From: Eledone cirrhosa | Lineage: Eukaryota | Direction: 5' to 3' | Assembly (NCBI GenBank): GCA_964016885.1 | Contig: OZ024743.1 | Coordinates: forward strand, 144,398,001-144,462,000 | DNA length: 64,000 nt | In this document: positions 1-15,000 of the stretch, in pieces | Layout of the letters: each line of letters opens with the position of its first letter | Position numbering within the stretch: the first letter of the stretch is position 1 | Program-made: the position numbers and the translations under genes | Notes under the pieces: generated by a model | Seen by the model: the letters and a program-made list of their open reading frames with translations, nothing else | Database searches by the model: none | What the model was told of the DNA's origin: nothing

Positions 1-3000
1 GGACTGGTAGACCTCACACTACAGTATAAATGGACTGGTAGACCTCACACTACAGTATAAATGGACTGGTAGACCTCACAATACAGTATAAATGGACTGG
101 TAGACCTGACACTACAGTATAAATGGACTGGTAGACCTGACACTACAGTATAAATGGACTGGTAGTCCTCACACTACAGTATAAATGGACTGGTAGACCT
201 CACACTACAGTATAAATGGACTGGTAGACCTCACACTACAGTATAAATGGACTGGTAGACCGCACACTACAGTATAAATGGCCTGGTAGACCTGACACTA
301 CAGTATAAATGGCCTGGTAGACCTAACACTACAGTATAAATGGACTGGTACACCGGACACTCCAGTATAAATGGACTGGTAGACCTGACACTACAGTATA
401 AATGGACTGGTAGACCGGACACTACAGTATAAATGGCCTGGTAGACCTCAAACTACAGTATAAATGGACTGGTAGACCTCACACTACAGTATAAATGGAG
501 TGGTAGACCTGACACTCCAGTATAAATGGACTGGTAGACCTGACACTACAGTATAAATGGACTGGTAGACCTCACACTACAGTATAAATGGACTGGTAGA
601 CCTCACACTACAGTATAAATTGACTGGTAGACCTCACACTACAGTATAAATGGACTGGTACACCGGACACTCCAGTATAAATGGACTGGTAGACCTCACA
701 CTACAGTATAAATGGACTGGTAGACCTCACACTACAGTATAAATGGAATGGTAGACCTCACACTACAGTATAAATGGACTGGTAGTCCTCACACTACAGT
801 ATAAATGGACTGGTAGACCTCACACTACAGTATAAATGGACTGGTAGACCTCACACTACAGTATAAATGGACTGGTAGACCTCACACTACAGTATAAATG
901 GACTGGTAGACCTCACACTACAGTATAAATGGACTGGTAGACCTCACACTACAGTATAAATGGACTGGTAGTCCTCACACTACAGTATAAATGGACTGGT
1001 AGACCTCACACTACAGTATAAATGGACTGGTAGACCTCACACTACAGTATAAATGGACTGGTAGACCTCACAATACAGTATAAATGGACTGGTAGACCTG
1101 ACACTACAGTATAAATGGACTGGTAGACCTGACACTACAGTATAAATGGACTGGTAGTCCTCACACTACAGTATAAATGGACTGGTAGACCTCACACTAC
1201 AGTATAAATGGACTGGTAGACCTCACACTACAGTATAAATGGACTGGTAGACCGCACACTACAGTATAAATGGACTGGTAGACCTCACACTACAGTATAA
1301 ATGGACTGGTAGACCGGACACTACAGTACAAATGGACTGGTAGACCGGACACTACAGTATAAATGGACTGGTAGACCTCACACTACAGTATAAATGGACT
1401 GGTAGACCGGACACTACAGTAAAAATGGACTGGTAGACCGGACACTACAGTATAAATGGACTGGTAGACCTCACACTACAGTATAAATGGCATGGTTAAC
1501 CTCACACTACAGTACAAATGGACTGGTAGACCTCAAACTAAAGTATAAATGGACTGGTACACCGGACACTACAGTATAAATGGACTGGTAGTCCTCACAC
1601 TACAGTATAGATGGCCTGGTAGACCTCACACTCCAGTATAAATGGACTGGTAGACCTCACACTACAGTATAAATGGTCTGGTAGACCGGACACTACAGTA
1701 TAAATGGACTGGTTGACCTCACACTACAGTATAAATGGACTGGTAGACCTCACACTACAGTGTAAAAGGACTGGTAGACCTCAAACTACAGTATAAATGG
1801 ACTGGTAGACCTCACACTACAGTGTAAATGGACTGGTAGACCTCACACTACAGTATAAATGGACTGGTAGACCTCACACTACAGTATAAATGACCTGGTA
1901 GACCTCAAACTACAGTATAAATGGACTGGTAGTCCTCACACTACAGTATAAATGGACTGGTAGACCTCACAGTACAGTATAAATGGCCTGGTAGACCGGA
2001 CACTACAGTATAAATGGCCTGGTAGACCTCAAACTACTGTATAAATGGACTGGTAGACCTCACACTACAGTATAAATGGAGTGGTAGACCTGACACTCCA
2101 GTATAAATGGACTGGTAGACCTGACACTACAGTATAAATGGACTGGTAGACCTGACACTACAGTATAAATGGACTGGTAGACCTCACACTACAGTATAAA
2201 TGGACTGGTAGACCTCACACTACAGTATAAATGGACTGGTACACCGGACACTCCAGTATAAATGGACTGGTAGACCTGACACTACAGTATAAATGGACTG
2301 GTAGTCCTCACACTACAGTATAAATGGACTGGTAGACCTCACACTACAGTATAAATGGACTGGTAGACCTCACACTACAGTATAAATGGACTGGTAGACC
2401 GCACACTACAGTATAAATGGACTGGTAGACCTCACACTAAAGTATAAATGACCTGGTAAACCGGACACTACAGTATAAATGGACTGGTAGACCTCACACT
2501 ACAGTATAAATAGACTGGTAGACCTCACACTACAGTATAAATGGACTGGTAGACCTGACACTACAGTATAAATGGACTGGTAGACCGCACACTACAGTAT
2601 AAATGGACTGGTAGACCTCACACTACAGTATAAATGGACTGGTAGACCTCACACTACAGTATAAATGGACTGGTAGACCGCACACTACAGTATAAATGGA
2701 CTGGTAGACCTCACACTACAGTATAAATGGTCTGGTAGACCGGACACTACAGTAAAATGGACTGGTAGACCGGACACTACAGTATAAATGGACTGGTAGA
2801 CCTCACACTACAGTATAAATGGCATGGTAGACCTCACACTACAGTACAAATGGACTGGTAGACCTCAAACTACAGTATAAATGGACTGGTACACCGGACA
2901 CTACAGTATAAATGGACTGGTAGTCCTCACACTACAGTATAAATGGCATGGTAGACCTCAAACTACAGTATAAATGGACTGGTAGACCTCACACTACAGT

Positions 3001-6000
3001 ATAAATGACCTGGTAGACCTCAAACTACAGTATAAATGGACTGGTAGTCCTCACACTACAGTATAAATGGACTGGTAGACCTCACACTACAGTATAAATG
3101 GCCTGGTAGACCTCACAGTACAGTATAAATGGCCTGGTATACCTCACACTACAGTATAAATGGCCTGGTAGACCTCACAGTACAGTATAAATGGCCTGGT
3201 AGACCTCACACTACAGTATAAATGGCCTGGTAGACCTCACACTACAGTATAAATGGCCTGGTAGACCTGACACTACAGTATAAATGGCCTGGTAGACCGG
3301 ACACTACAGTATAAATGGTCTGCTAGACCTCACACTACAGTATAAATGGACTGGTAGACCTGACACTACAGTATAAATGGCCTGGTAGACCGGACACTAC
3401 AGTATAAATGGTCTGGTAGACCTCACAATACAGTATAAATGGACTGGTAGACCTGACACTACAGTATAAATGGCCTGGTAGACCGGACACTACAGTATAA
3501 ATGGACTGGTAGTCCTCACACTACAGTATAAATGGACTGGTAGACCTGACACTACAGTATAAATGGCCTGGTAGACCGGACACTACAGTATAAATGACCT
3601 GGTAGACCTGACACTACAGTATAAATGGCCTGGTAGACCTGACACTACAGTATAAATGGTCTGGTAGACCTCACACTACAGTATAAATGGACTGGTAGAC
3701 CTCACACTACAGTATAAATTGACTGGTAGACCTCACACTACAGTATAAATGGACTGGTACACCGGACACTCCAGTATAAATGGACTGGTAGACCTCACAC
3801 TACAGTATAAATGGCCTGGTAGACCTCACACTACAGTATAAATGGAATGGTAGACCTCACACTACAGTATAAATGGACTGGTAGTCCTCACACTACAGTA
3901 TAAATGGACTGGTAGACCTCACACTACAGTATAAATGGACTGGTAGACCTCACACTACAGTATAAATGGACTGGTAGACCTCACACTACAGTATAAATGG
4001 ACTGGTAGACCTCACACTACAGTATAAATGGACTGGTAGACCTCACACTACAGTATAAATGGACTGGTAGTCCTCACACTACAGTATAAATGGACTGGTA
4101 GACCTCACACTACAGTATAAATGGACTGGTAGACCTCACACTACAGTATAAATGGACTGGTAGACCTCACAATACAGTATAAATGGACTGGTAGACCTGA
4201 CACTACAGTATAAATGGACTGGTAGACCTGACACTACAGTATAAATGGACTGGTAGTCCTCACACTACAGTATAAATGGACTGGTAGACCTCACACTACA
4301 GTATAAATGGACTGGTAGACCTCACACTACAGTATAAATGGACTGGTAGACCGCACACTACAGTATAAATGGACTGGTAGACCTCACACTACAGTATAAA
4401 TGGACTGGTAGACCGGACACTACAGTACAAATGGACTGGTAGACCGGACACTACAGTATAAATGGACTGGTAGACCTCACACTACAGTATAAATGGACTG
4501 GTAGACCGGACACTACAGTAAAAATGGACTGGTAGACCGGACACTACAGTATAAATGGACTGGTAGACCTCACACTACAGTATAAATGGCATGGTTAACC
4601 TCACACTACAGTACAAATGGACTGGTAGACCTCAAACTAAAGTATAAATGGACTGGTACACCGGACACTACAGTATAAATGGACTGGTAGTCCTCACACT
4701 ACAGTATAGATGGCCTGGTAGACCTCACACTCCAGTATAAATGGACTGGTAGACCTCACACTACAGTATAAATGGTCTGGTAGACCGGACACTACAGTAT
4801 AAATGGACTGGTTGACCTCACACTACAGTATAAATGGACTGGTAGACCTCACACTACAGTGTAAAAGGACTGGTAGACCTCAAACTACAGTATAAATGGA
4901 CTGGTAGACCTCACACTACAGTGTAAATGGACTGGTAGACCTCACACTACAGTATAAATGGACTGGTAGACCTCACACTACAGTGTAAATGGACTGGTAG
5001 ACCTCAAACTACAGTATAAATGGACTGGTAGACCTCACACTACAGTGTAAATGGACTGGTAGACCTCACACTACAGTATAAATGGACTGGTAGACCTCAC
5101 ACTACAGTATAAATGACCTGGTAGACCTCAAACTACAGTATAAATGGACTGGTAGTCCTCACACTACAGTATAAATGGACTGGTAGACCTCACAGTACAG
5201 TATAAATGGCCTGGTAGACCGGACACTACAGTATAAATGGCCTGGTAGACCTCAAACTACTGTATAAATGGACTGGTAGACCTCACACTACAGTATAAAT
5301 GGAGTGGTAGACCTGACACTCCAGTATAAATGGACTGGTAGACCTGACACTACAGTATAAATGGACTGGTAGACCTGACACTACAGTATAAATGGACTGG
5401 TAGACCTCACACTACAGTATAAATGGACTGGTAGACCTCACACTACAGTATAAATGGACTGGTACACCGGACACTCCAGTATAAATGGACTGGTAGACCT
5501 GACACTACAGTATAAATGGACTGGTAGTCCTCACACTACAGTATAAATGGACTGGTAGACCTCACACTACAGTATAAATGGACTGGTAGACCTCACACTA
5601 CAGTATAAATGGACTGGTAGACCGCACACTACAGTATAAATGGACTGGTAGACCTCACACTAAAGTATAAATGACCTGGTAAACCGGACACTACAGTATA
5701 AATGGACTGGTAGACCTCACACTACAGTATAAATAGACTGGTAGACCTCACACTACAGTATAAATGGACTGGTAGACCTGACACTACAGTATAAATGGAC
5801 TGGTAGACCGCACACTACAGTATAAATGGACTGGTAGACCTCACACTACAGTATAAATGGACTGGTAGACCTCACACTACAGTATAAATGGACTGGTAGA
5901 CCGCACACTACAGTATAAATGGACTGGTAGACCTCACACTACAGTATAAATGGTCTGGTAGACCGGACACTACAGTAAAATGGACTGGTAGACCGGACAC

Positions 6001-9000
6001 TACAGTATAAATGGACTGGTAGACCTCACACTACAGTATAAATGGCATGGTAGACCTCACACTACAGTACAAATGGACTGGTAGACCTCAAACTACAGTA
6101 TAAATGGACTGGTACACCGGACACTACAGTATAAATGGACTGGTAGTCCTCACACTACAGTATAAATGGCATGGTAGACCTCAAACTACAGTATAAATGG
6201 ACTGGTAGACCTCACACTACAGTATAAATGACCTGGTAGACCTCAAACTACAGTATAAATGGACTGGTAGTCCTCACACTACAGTATAAATGGACTGGTA
6301 GACCTCACACTACAGTATAAATGGCCTGGTAGACCTCACAGTACAGTATAAATGGCCTGGTATACCTCACACTACAGTATAAATGGCCTGGTAGACCTCA
6401 CAGTACAGTATAAATGGCCTGGTAGACCTCACACTACAGTATAAATGGCCTGGTAGACCTCACACTACAGTATAAATGGCCTGGTAGACCTGACACTACA
6501 GTATAAATGGCCTGGTAGACCGGACACTACAGTATAAATGGTCTGCTAGACCTCACACTACAGTATAAATGGACTGGTAGACCTGACACTACAGTATAAA
6601 TGGCCTGGTAGACCGGACACTACAGTATAAATGGTCTGGTAGACCTCACAATACAGTATAAATGGACTGGTAGACCTGACACTACAGTATAAATGGCCTG
6701 GTAGACCGGACACTACAGTATAAATGGACTGGTAGTCCTCACACTACAGTATAAATGGACTGGTAGACCTGACACTACAGTATAAATGGCCTGGTAGACC
6801 GGACACTACAGTATAAATGACCTGGTAGACCTGACACTACAGTATAAATGGCCTGGTAGACCTGACACTACAGTATAAATGGTCTGGTAGACCTCACACT
6901 ACAGTATAAATGGACTTGTAGACCTCACACTACAGTATAAATGGACTGGTAGTCCTCACACTACAGTATAAATGGCCTGGTAGACCTCACACTACAGTAT
7001 AAATGGACTGGTAGTCCTCACACTACAGTATAAATGGCCTGGTAGACCTGACACTACAGTATAAATGGCCTGGTAGACCTCACACTACAGTATAAATGGA
7101 CTGGTAGACCTCACACTACAGTATAAATGGACTGGTAGACCTGACACTACAGTATAAATGGCCTGGTAGACCTCACACTACAGTATAAATGGACTGGTAG
7201 ACCTCACACTACAGTATAAATGGTCTGGTAGACCGGACACTACAGTAAAAATGGACTGGTAGACCGGACACTACAGTATAAATGGACTGGTAGACCTCAC
7301 ACTACAGTATAAATGGCATGGTAGACCTCACACTACAGTACAAATGGACTGGTAGACCTCAAACTACAGTATAAATGGACTGGTACACCGGACACTACAG
7401 TATAAATGGACTGGTAGTCCTCACACTACAGTATAAATGGCCTGGTAGACCTCAAACTACAGTATAAATGGACTGGTAGTCCTCACACTACAGTATAAAT
7501 GGACTGGTAGACCTCACACTACAGTATAAATGGCCTGGTAGACCTCACAGTACAGTATAAATGGCCTGGTATACCTCACACTACAGTATAAATGGCCTGG
7601 TAGACCTCACAGTACAGTATAAATGGCCTGGTAGACCTCACACTACAGTATAAATGGCCTGGTAGACCTCACACTACAGTATAAATGGCCTGGTAGACCT
7701 GACACTACAGTATAAATGGCCTGGTAGACCGGACACTACAGTATAAATGGTCTGCTAGACCTCACACTACAGTATAAATGGACTGGTAGACCTGACACTA
7801 CAGTATAAACGGCCTGGTAGACCGGACACTACAGTATAAATGGTCTGGTAGACCTCACAATACAGTATAAATGGACTGGTAGACCTGACACTACAGTATA
7901 AATGGCCTGGTAGACCGGACACTACAGTATAAATGGACTGGTAGTCCTCACACTACAGTATAAATGGACTGGTAGACATCACACTACAGTATAAATGGCC
8001 TGGTAGACCGGACACTACAGTATAAATGGTCTGGTAGACCTCACAATACAGTATAAATGGACTGGTAGACCTGACACTACAGTATAAATGGCCTGGTAGA
8101 CCGGACACTACAGTATAAACGGACTGGTAGTCTTCACACTACAGTATAAATGGACTGGTAGACCTGACACTACAGTATAAATGGCCTGGTAGACCGGACA
8201 CTACAGTATAAATGGACTGGTAGTCCTCACACTACAGTATAAATGGACTGGTAGACATCACACTACAGTATAAATGGCCTGGTAGACCGGACACTACAGT
8301 ATAAATGGTCTGGTAGACCTCACAATACAGTATAAATGGACTGGTAGACCTGACACTACAGTATAAATGGCCTGGTAGACCGGACACTACAGTATAAATG
8401 GTCTGGTAGACCTCACAATACAGTATAAATGGACTGGTAGACCTGACACTACAGTATAAATGGCCTGGTAGACCGGACACTACAGTATAAATTGACTGGT
8501 AGTCCTCACACTACAGTATAAATGGACTGGTAGACATCACACTACAGTATAAATGGCCTGGTAGACCGGACACTACAGTATAAATGGTCTGGTAGACCTC
8601 ACAATACAGTATAAATGGACTGGTAGACCTGACACTACAGTATAAATGGCCTGGTAGACCGGACACTACAGTATAAATGGACTGGTAGTCCTCACACTAC
8701 AGTATAAATGGACTGGTAGACCTGACACTACAGTATAAATGGCCTGGTAGACCGGACACTACAGTATAAATGACCTGGTAGACCTGACACTACAGTATAA
8801 ATGGCCTGGTAGACCTGACACTACAGTATAAATGGTCTGGTAGACCTCACACTACAGTATAAATGGACTTGTAGACCTCACACTACAGTATAAATGGACT
8901 GGTAGTCCTCACACTACAGTATAAATGGCCTGGTAGACCTCACACTACAGTATAAATGGACTGGTAGTCCTCACACTACAGTATAAATGGCCTGGTAGAC

Positions 9001-12000
9001 CTCACACTACAGTATAAATGGACTGGTAGACCTCACACTACAGTATAAATGGACTGGTAGTCCTCACACTACAGTATAAATGGCCTGGTAGACCTCACAC
9101 TACAGTATAAATGGCCTGGTAGACCTCACACTACAGTATAAATGGACTGGTAGACCTCACACTACAGTATAAATGGACTGGTAGTCCTCACACTACAGTA
9201 TAAATGGCCTGGTAGACCTCACACTACAGTATAAATGGTCTGGTAGACCTCACACTACAGTATGAATGGACTGGTACACCGGACACTCCAGTATAAATGG
9301 ACTGGTAGACCTCACACTACAGTATAAATGGACTGGTAGACCTCACACTACAGTATAAATGGACTGGTACACCGGACACTCCAGTATAAATGGACTGGTA
9401 GACCTCACACTACATTATAAATGGCCTGGTAGACATCACACTACAGTATAAATGGACGGGTAGACCTGACACTACAGTATAAATGGACAGGTAGTCCTCA
9501 CACTACAGTATAAATGGACTGGTAGACCTCACACTACAGTATAAATGGACTGGTAGACCTCACACTACAGTATAAATGGACTGGTAGACCTCACACTACA
9601 GTATAAATGGACTGGTAGACCTGACACTACAGTATAAATGGCCTGGTAGACCTCATACTACAGTACAAATGGCCTGGTAGACCTCAGACTACAGTATAAA
9701 TGGACTGGTAGACCTCACACTACAGTATAAATGGACTGGTAGACCTCACACTACAGTTTAAATGGACTGGTAGTCCTCACACTACAGTATAAATGGCCTG
9801 GTAGACCTCACACTACAGTATAAATGGACTGGTAGACCTCACACTACAGTTTAAATGGACTGGTAGTCCTCACACTACAGTTTAAATGGCCTGGTAGACC
9901 TCAGACTACAGTATAAATGGACTGGTAGTCCTCACACTACAGTATAAATGGACTGGTAGTCCTCACACTACAGTATAAATGGCCTGGTAGACCTCACACT
10001 ACAGTATAAATGGACTGGTAGACCTCACACTACAGTATAAATGGAGTGGTAGACCTCACACTACAGTATAAATGGCCTGGTAGACCTCACACTACAGTAT
10101 AAATGGACTGGTAGACCTCACACTAAAGTATAAATGGAATGGTACACCGGACACTCCAGTATAAATGGACTGGTAGACCTCACACTACAGTATAAATGGC
10201 CTGGTAGACATCACACTACAGTATAAATGGACTGGTAGACCTCACACTACAGTATAAATGGACTGGTAGACCTCACACTACAGTATAAATGGCCTGGTAG
10301 ACCTCACACTAAAGTATAAATGGACTGGTAGTCCTCACACTACAGTATAAATGGCCTGGTAGACCTCACACTACAGTATAAATGGCCTGGTAGACCTCAC
10401 ACTACAGTATAAATGGACTGGTAGACCTGACACTACAGTATAAATGGCCTGGTAGACCTCACACTACAGTATAAATGGACTGGTAGACCTCACACTACAG
10501 TATAAATGGACTGGTAGACCTCACACTACAGTATAAATGGACTGGTACACCGGACACTCCAGTATAAATGGCCTGGTAGACCTCAAACTACAGTATAAAT
10601 GGACTGGTAGACCTCACACTACAGTATAAATGGACTGGTAGACCTCACACTACAGTATAAATGGACTGGTAGACCTCACACTACAGTATAAGTGGACTGG
10701 TAGACCTCACACTCCAGTATAAATGGACTGGTAGACCTCACACTACAGTATAAATGGACTGGTAGACCTCACACTACAGTATAAATGGCCTGGTAGACCT
10801 CACACTACAGTATAAATGGACTGGTAGACCTCACACTACAGTATAAATGGACTGGTAGACCTGACACTACAGTATAAATGGACTGGTAGACCTGACACTA
10901 CAGTATAAATGGACAGGTAGTCCTCACACTACAGTATAAATGGACTGGTAGACCTCACACTACAGTATAAATGGACTGGTAGACCTCACACTACAGTATA
11001 AATGGACTGGTAGACCTCACACTACAGTATAAATGGACTGGTAGACCTGACACTACAGTATAAATGGCCTGGTAGACCTCAAACTACAGTATAAATGGAC
11101 TGGTAGACCTCACACTACAGTATAAATGGAGTGGTAGACCTGACACTACAGTATAAATGGACTGGTAGTCCTCACACTACAGTATAAATGGACTGGTAGA
11201 CCTCACACTACAGTATAAATGGACTGGTAGAGCTGACACTACAGTATAAATGGCCTGGTAGACCTCACACTACAGTATAAATGGACTGGTAGAGCTGACA
11301 CTACAGTATAAATGGCCTGGTAGACCTCACACTACAGTATAAATGGACTGGTACACTGGACACTCCAGTATAAATGGACTGGTAGACCTGACACTACAGT
11401 ATAAATGGATTGGTAGACCTGACACTACAGTATAAATGGACTGGTAGACCGGACACTACAGTATAAATGGACTGGTAGACCTCACACTACAGTATAAATG
11501 GAGTGGTAGACCTGACACTCCAGTATAAATGGACTGGTAGACCTGACACTACAGTATAAATGGACTGGTAGACCTGACACTACAGTATAAATGGACTGGT
11601 AGACCTCACACTACAGTATAAATGGACTGGTAGACCTCACACTACAGTATAAATGGACTGGTACACCGGACACTCCAGTATAAATGGACTGGTAGACCTC
11701 ACACTACAGTATAAATGGACTGGTAGACCTCACACTACAGTATAAATGGACTGGTAGACCTCACACTACAGTATAAATGGCCTGGTAGACCTCACACTAC
11801 AGTATAAATGGACTGGTAGACCTGACACTACAGTATAAATGGACGGGTAGTCCTCACACTACAGTATAAATGGACTGGTAGACCTCACACTACAGTATAA
11901 ATGGACTGGTAGACCTGACACTACAGTATAAATGGACTGGTAGACCTCACACTACAGTATAAATGGACTGGTAGACCTGACACTACAGTATAAATGGACT

Positions 12001-15000
12001 GGTAGACCTCACACTACAGTATAAATGGCCTGGTAGACCTCACAGTACAGTATAAATGGACTGCTAGACCTCACACTACAGTATAAATGGACTGGTAGAC
12101 CTCACACTACAGTATAAATGGACTGGTAGACCGCACACTACAGTATAAATGGACTGGTAGACCTCACACTACAGTATAAATGGACTGGTAGACCGCACAC
12201 TACAGTATAAATGGACTGGTAGACCTCACACTAAAGTATAAATGACCTGGTAAACCGGACACTACAGTATAAATGGACTGGTAGACCTCACACTACAGTA
12301 TAAATAGACTGGTAGACCTCACACTACAGTATAAATGGACTGGTAGACCGCACACTACAGTATAAATGGACTGGTAGACCTCACACTACAGTATAAATGG
12401 TCTGGTAGACCGGACACTACAGTAAAAACGGACTGGTAGACCGGACACTACAGTATAAATGGACTGGTAGACCTCACACTACAGTATAAATGGCATGGTA
12501 GACCTCACACTACAGTACAAATGGACTGGTAGACCTCAAACTACAGTATAAATGGACTGGTACACCGGACACTACAGTATAAATGGACTGGTAGTCCTCA
12601 CACTACAGTATAAATGGCCTGGTAGACCTCAAACTACAGTATAAATGGACTGGTAGACCTCACACTACAGTATAAATGACCTGGTAGACCTCAAACTACA
12701 GTATAAATGGACTGGTAGTCCTCACACTACAGTATAAATGGACTGGTAGACCTCACACTACAGTATAAATGGCCTGGTAGACCTCACAGTACAGTATAAA
12801 TGGCCTGGTAGACCTCACACTACAGTATAAATGGCCTGGTAGACCTCACAGTACAGTATAAATGGCCTGGTAGACCTGACACTACAGTATAAATGGCCTG
12901 GTAGACCGGACACTACAGTATAAATGGTCTGCTAGACCTCACAGTACAGTATAAATGGCCTGGTAGACCTGACACTACAGTATAAATGGCCTGGTAGACC
13001 GGACACTACAGTATAAATGGTCTGCTAGACCTCACACTACAGTATAAATGGCCTGGTAGACCTGACACTACAGTATAAATGGCCTGGTAGACCGGACACT
13101 ACAGTATAAATGGTCTGCTAGACCTCACACTACAGTATAAATGGACTGGTAGACCTGACACTACAGTATAAATGGCCTGGTAGACCTCACACTACAGTAT
13201 AAATGGCCTGGTAGACCTCACACTACAGTATAAATGGCCTGGTAGACCTCACACTACAGTATAAATGGCCTGGTAGACCTGACACTACAGTATAAATGGT
13301 CTGCTAGACCTCACACTACAGTATAAATGGACTGGTAGACCTGACACTACAGTATAAATGGCCTGGTAGACCTCACACTACAGTATAAATGGCCTGGTAG
13401 ACCTCACACTACAGTATAAATGGCCTGGTAGACCTCACACTACAGTATAAATGGCCTGGTAGACCTGACACTACAGCATAAATGGTCTGCTAGACCTCAC
13501 ACTACAGTATAAATGGACTGGTAGACCGGACACTACAGTATAAATGGTCTGGTAGACCTCACAATACAGTATAAATGGACTGGTAGACCTGACACTACAG
13601 TATAAATGGACTGGTAGTCCTCACACTACAGTATAAATGGACTGGTAGACCTGACACTACAGTATAAATGGTCTGGTAGACCTCACACTACAGTATAAAT
13701 GGACTTGTAGACCTCACACTACAGTATAAATGGACTGGTAGACCTCACAATACAGTATAAATCGACTGGTAGACCGGACACTACAGTATAAATGGACTGG
13801 TAGTCCTCACACTACAGTATAAATGGACTGGTAGACCTGACACTACAGTATAAATGGCCTGGTAGACCTGACACTACAGTATAAATGGCCTGGTAGACCT
13901 GACACTACAGTATAAATGGTCTGGTAGACCTCACACTACAGTATAAATGGACTTGTAGACCTCACACTACAGTATAAATGGACTGGTAGTCCTCACACTA
14001 CAGTATAAATGGACTGGTAGTCCTCACACTACAGTATAAATGGCCTGGTAGACCGGACACTACAGTATAAATGACCTGGTAGACCTCACACTACAGTATA
14101 AATGGACTGGTAGACCTCATACTACAGTATAAATGGACTGGTAGACCTCACACTACAGTATAAATGGACTGGTACACCGGACACTCCAGTATAAATGGAC
14201 TGGTAGACCTCACACTACAGTATAAATGGACTGGTAGACCTCACACTACAGTATAAATGGCCTGGTAGACCTCACACTACAGTATAAATGGACTGGTAGA
14301 CCTCACACTACAGTATAAATGGACTGGTACACCGGACACTCCAGTATAAATGGACTGGTAGACCTCACACTACAGTATAAATGGACTGGTAGACCTCACA
14401 CTACAGTATAAATGGACTGGTAGACCTCACACTACAGTATAAATGGACTGGTAGACCTCACACTACAGTATAAATGGCCTGGTAGACCTCACAATAAAGT
14501 ATAAATGGACTGGTAGTCCTCACACTACAGTATAAATGGCCTGGTAGACCCCACACTACAGTATAAATGGACTGGTAGTCCTCCCACTACAGTATAAATG
14601 GCCTGGTAGACCTCACACTACAGTATAAATGAAATGGTAGACCTCACACTACAGTATAAATGGACTGGTAGTCCTCACACTACAGTATAAATGGCCTGGT
14701 AGACCTCACACTACAGTATAAATGGACTGGTAGACCTCACACTACAGTATAAATGGACTGGTAGTCCTCACACTACAGTATAAATGGCCTGGTAGACCTC
14801 ACACTACAGTATAAATGGACAGGTAGACCTCACACTACAGTATAAATGGAGTGGTAGACCTCACACTACAGTATAAATGGCCTGGTAGACCTCACACTAC
14901 AGTATAAATGGACTGGTAGACCTCACACTACAGTATAAATGGACTGGTAGACCTCACACTACAGTATAAATGGACTGGTAGACCTGACACTACAGTATAA

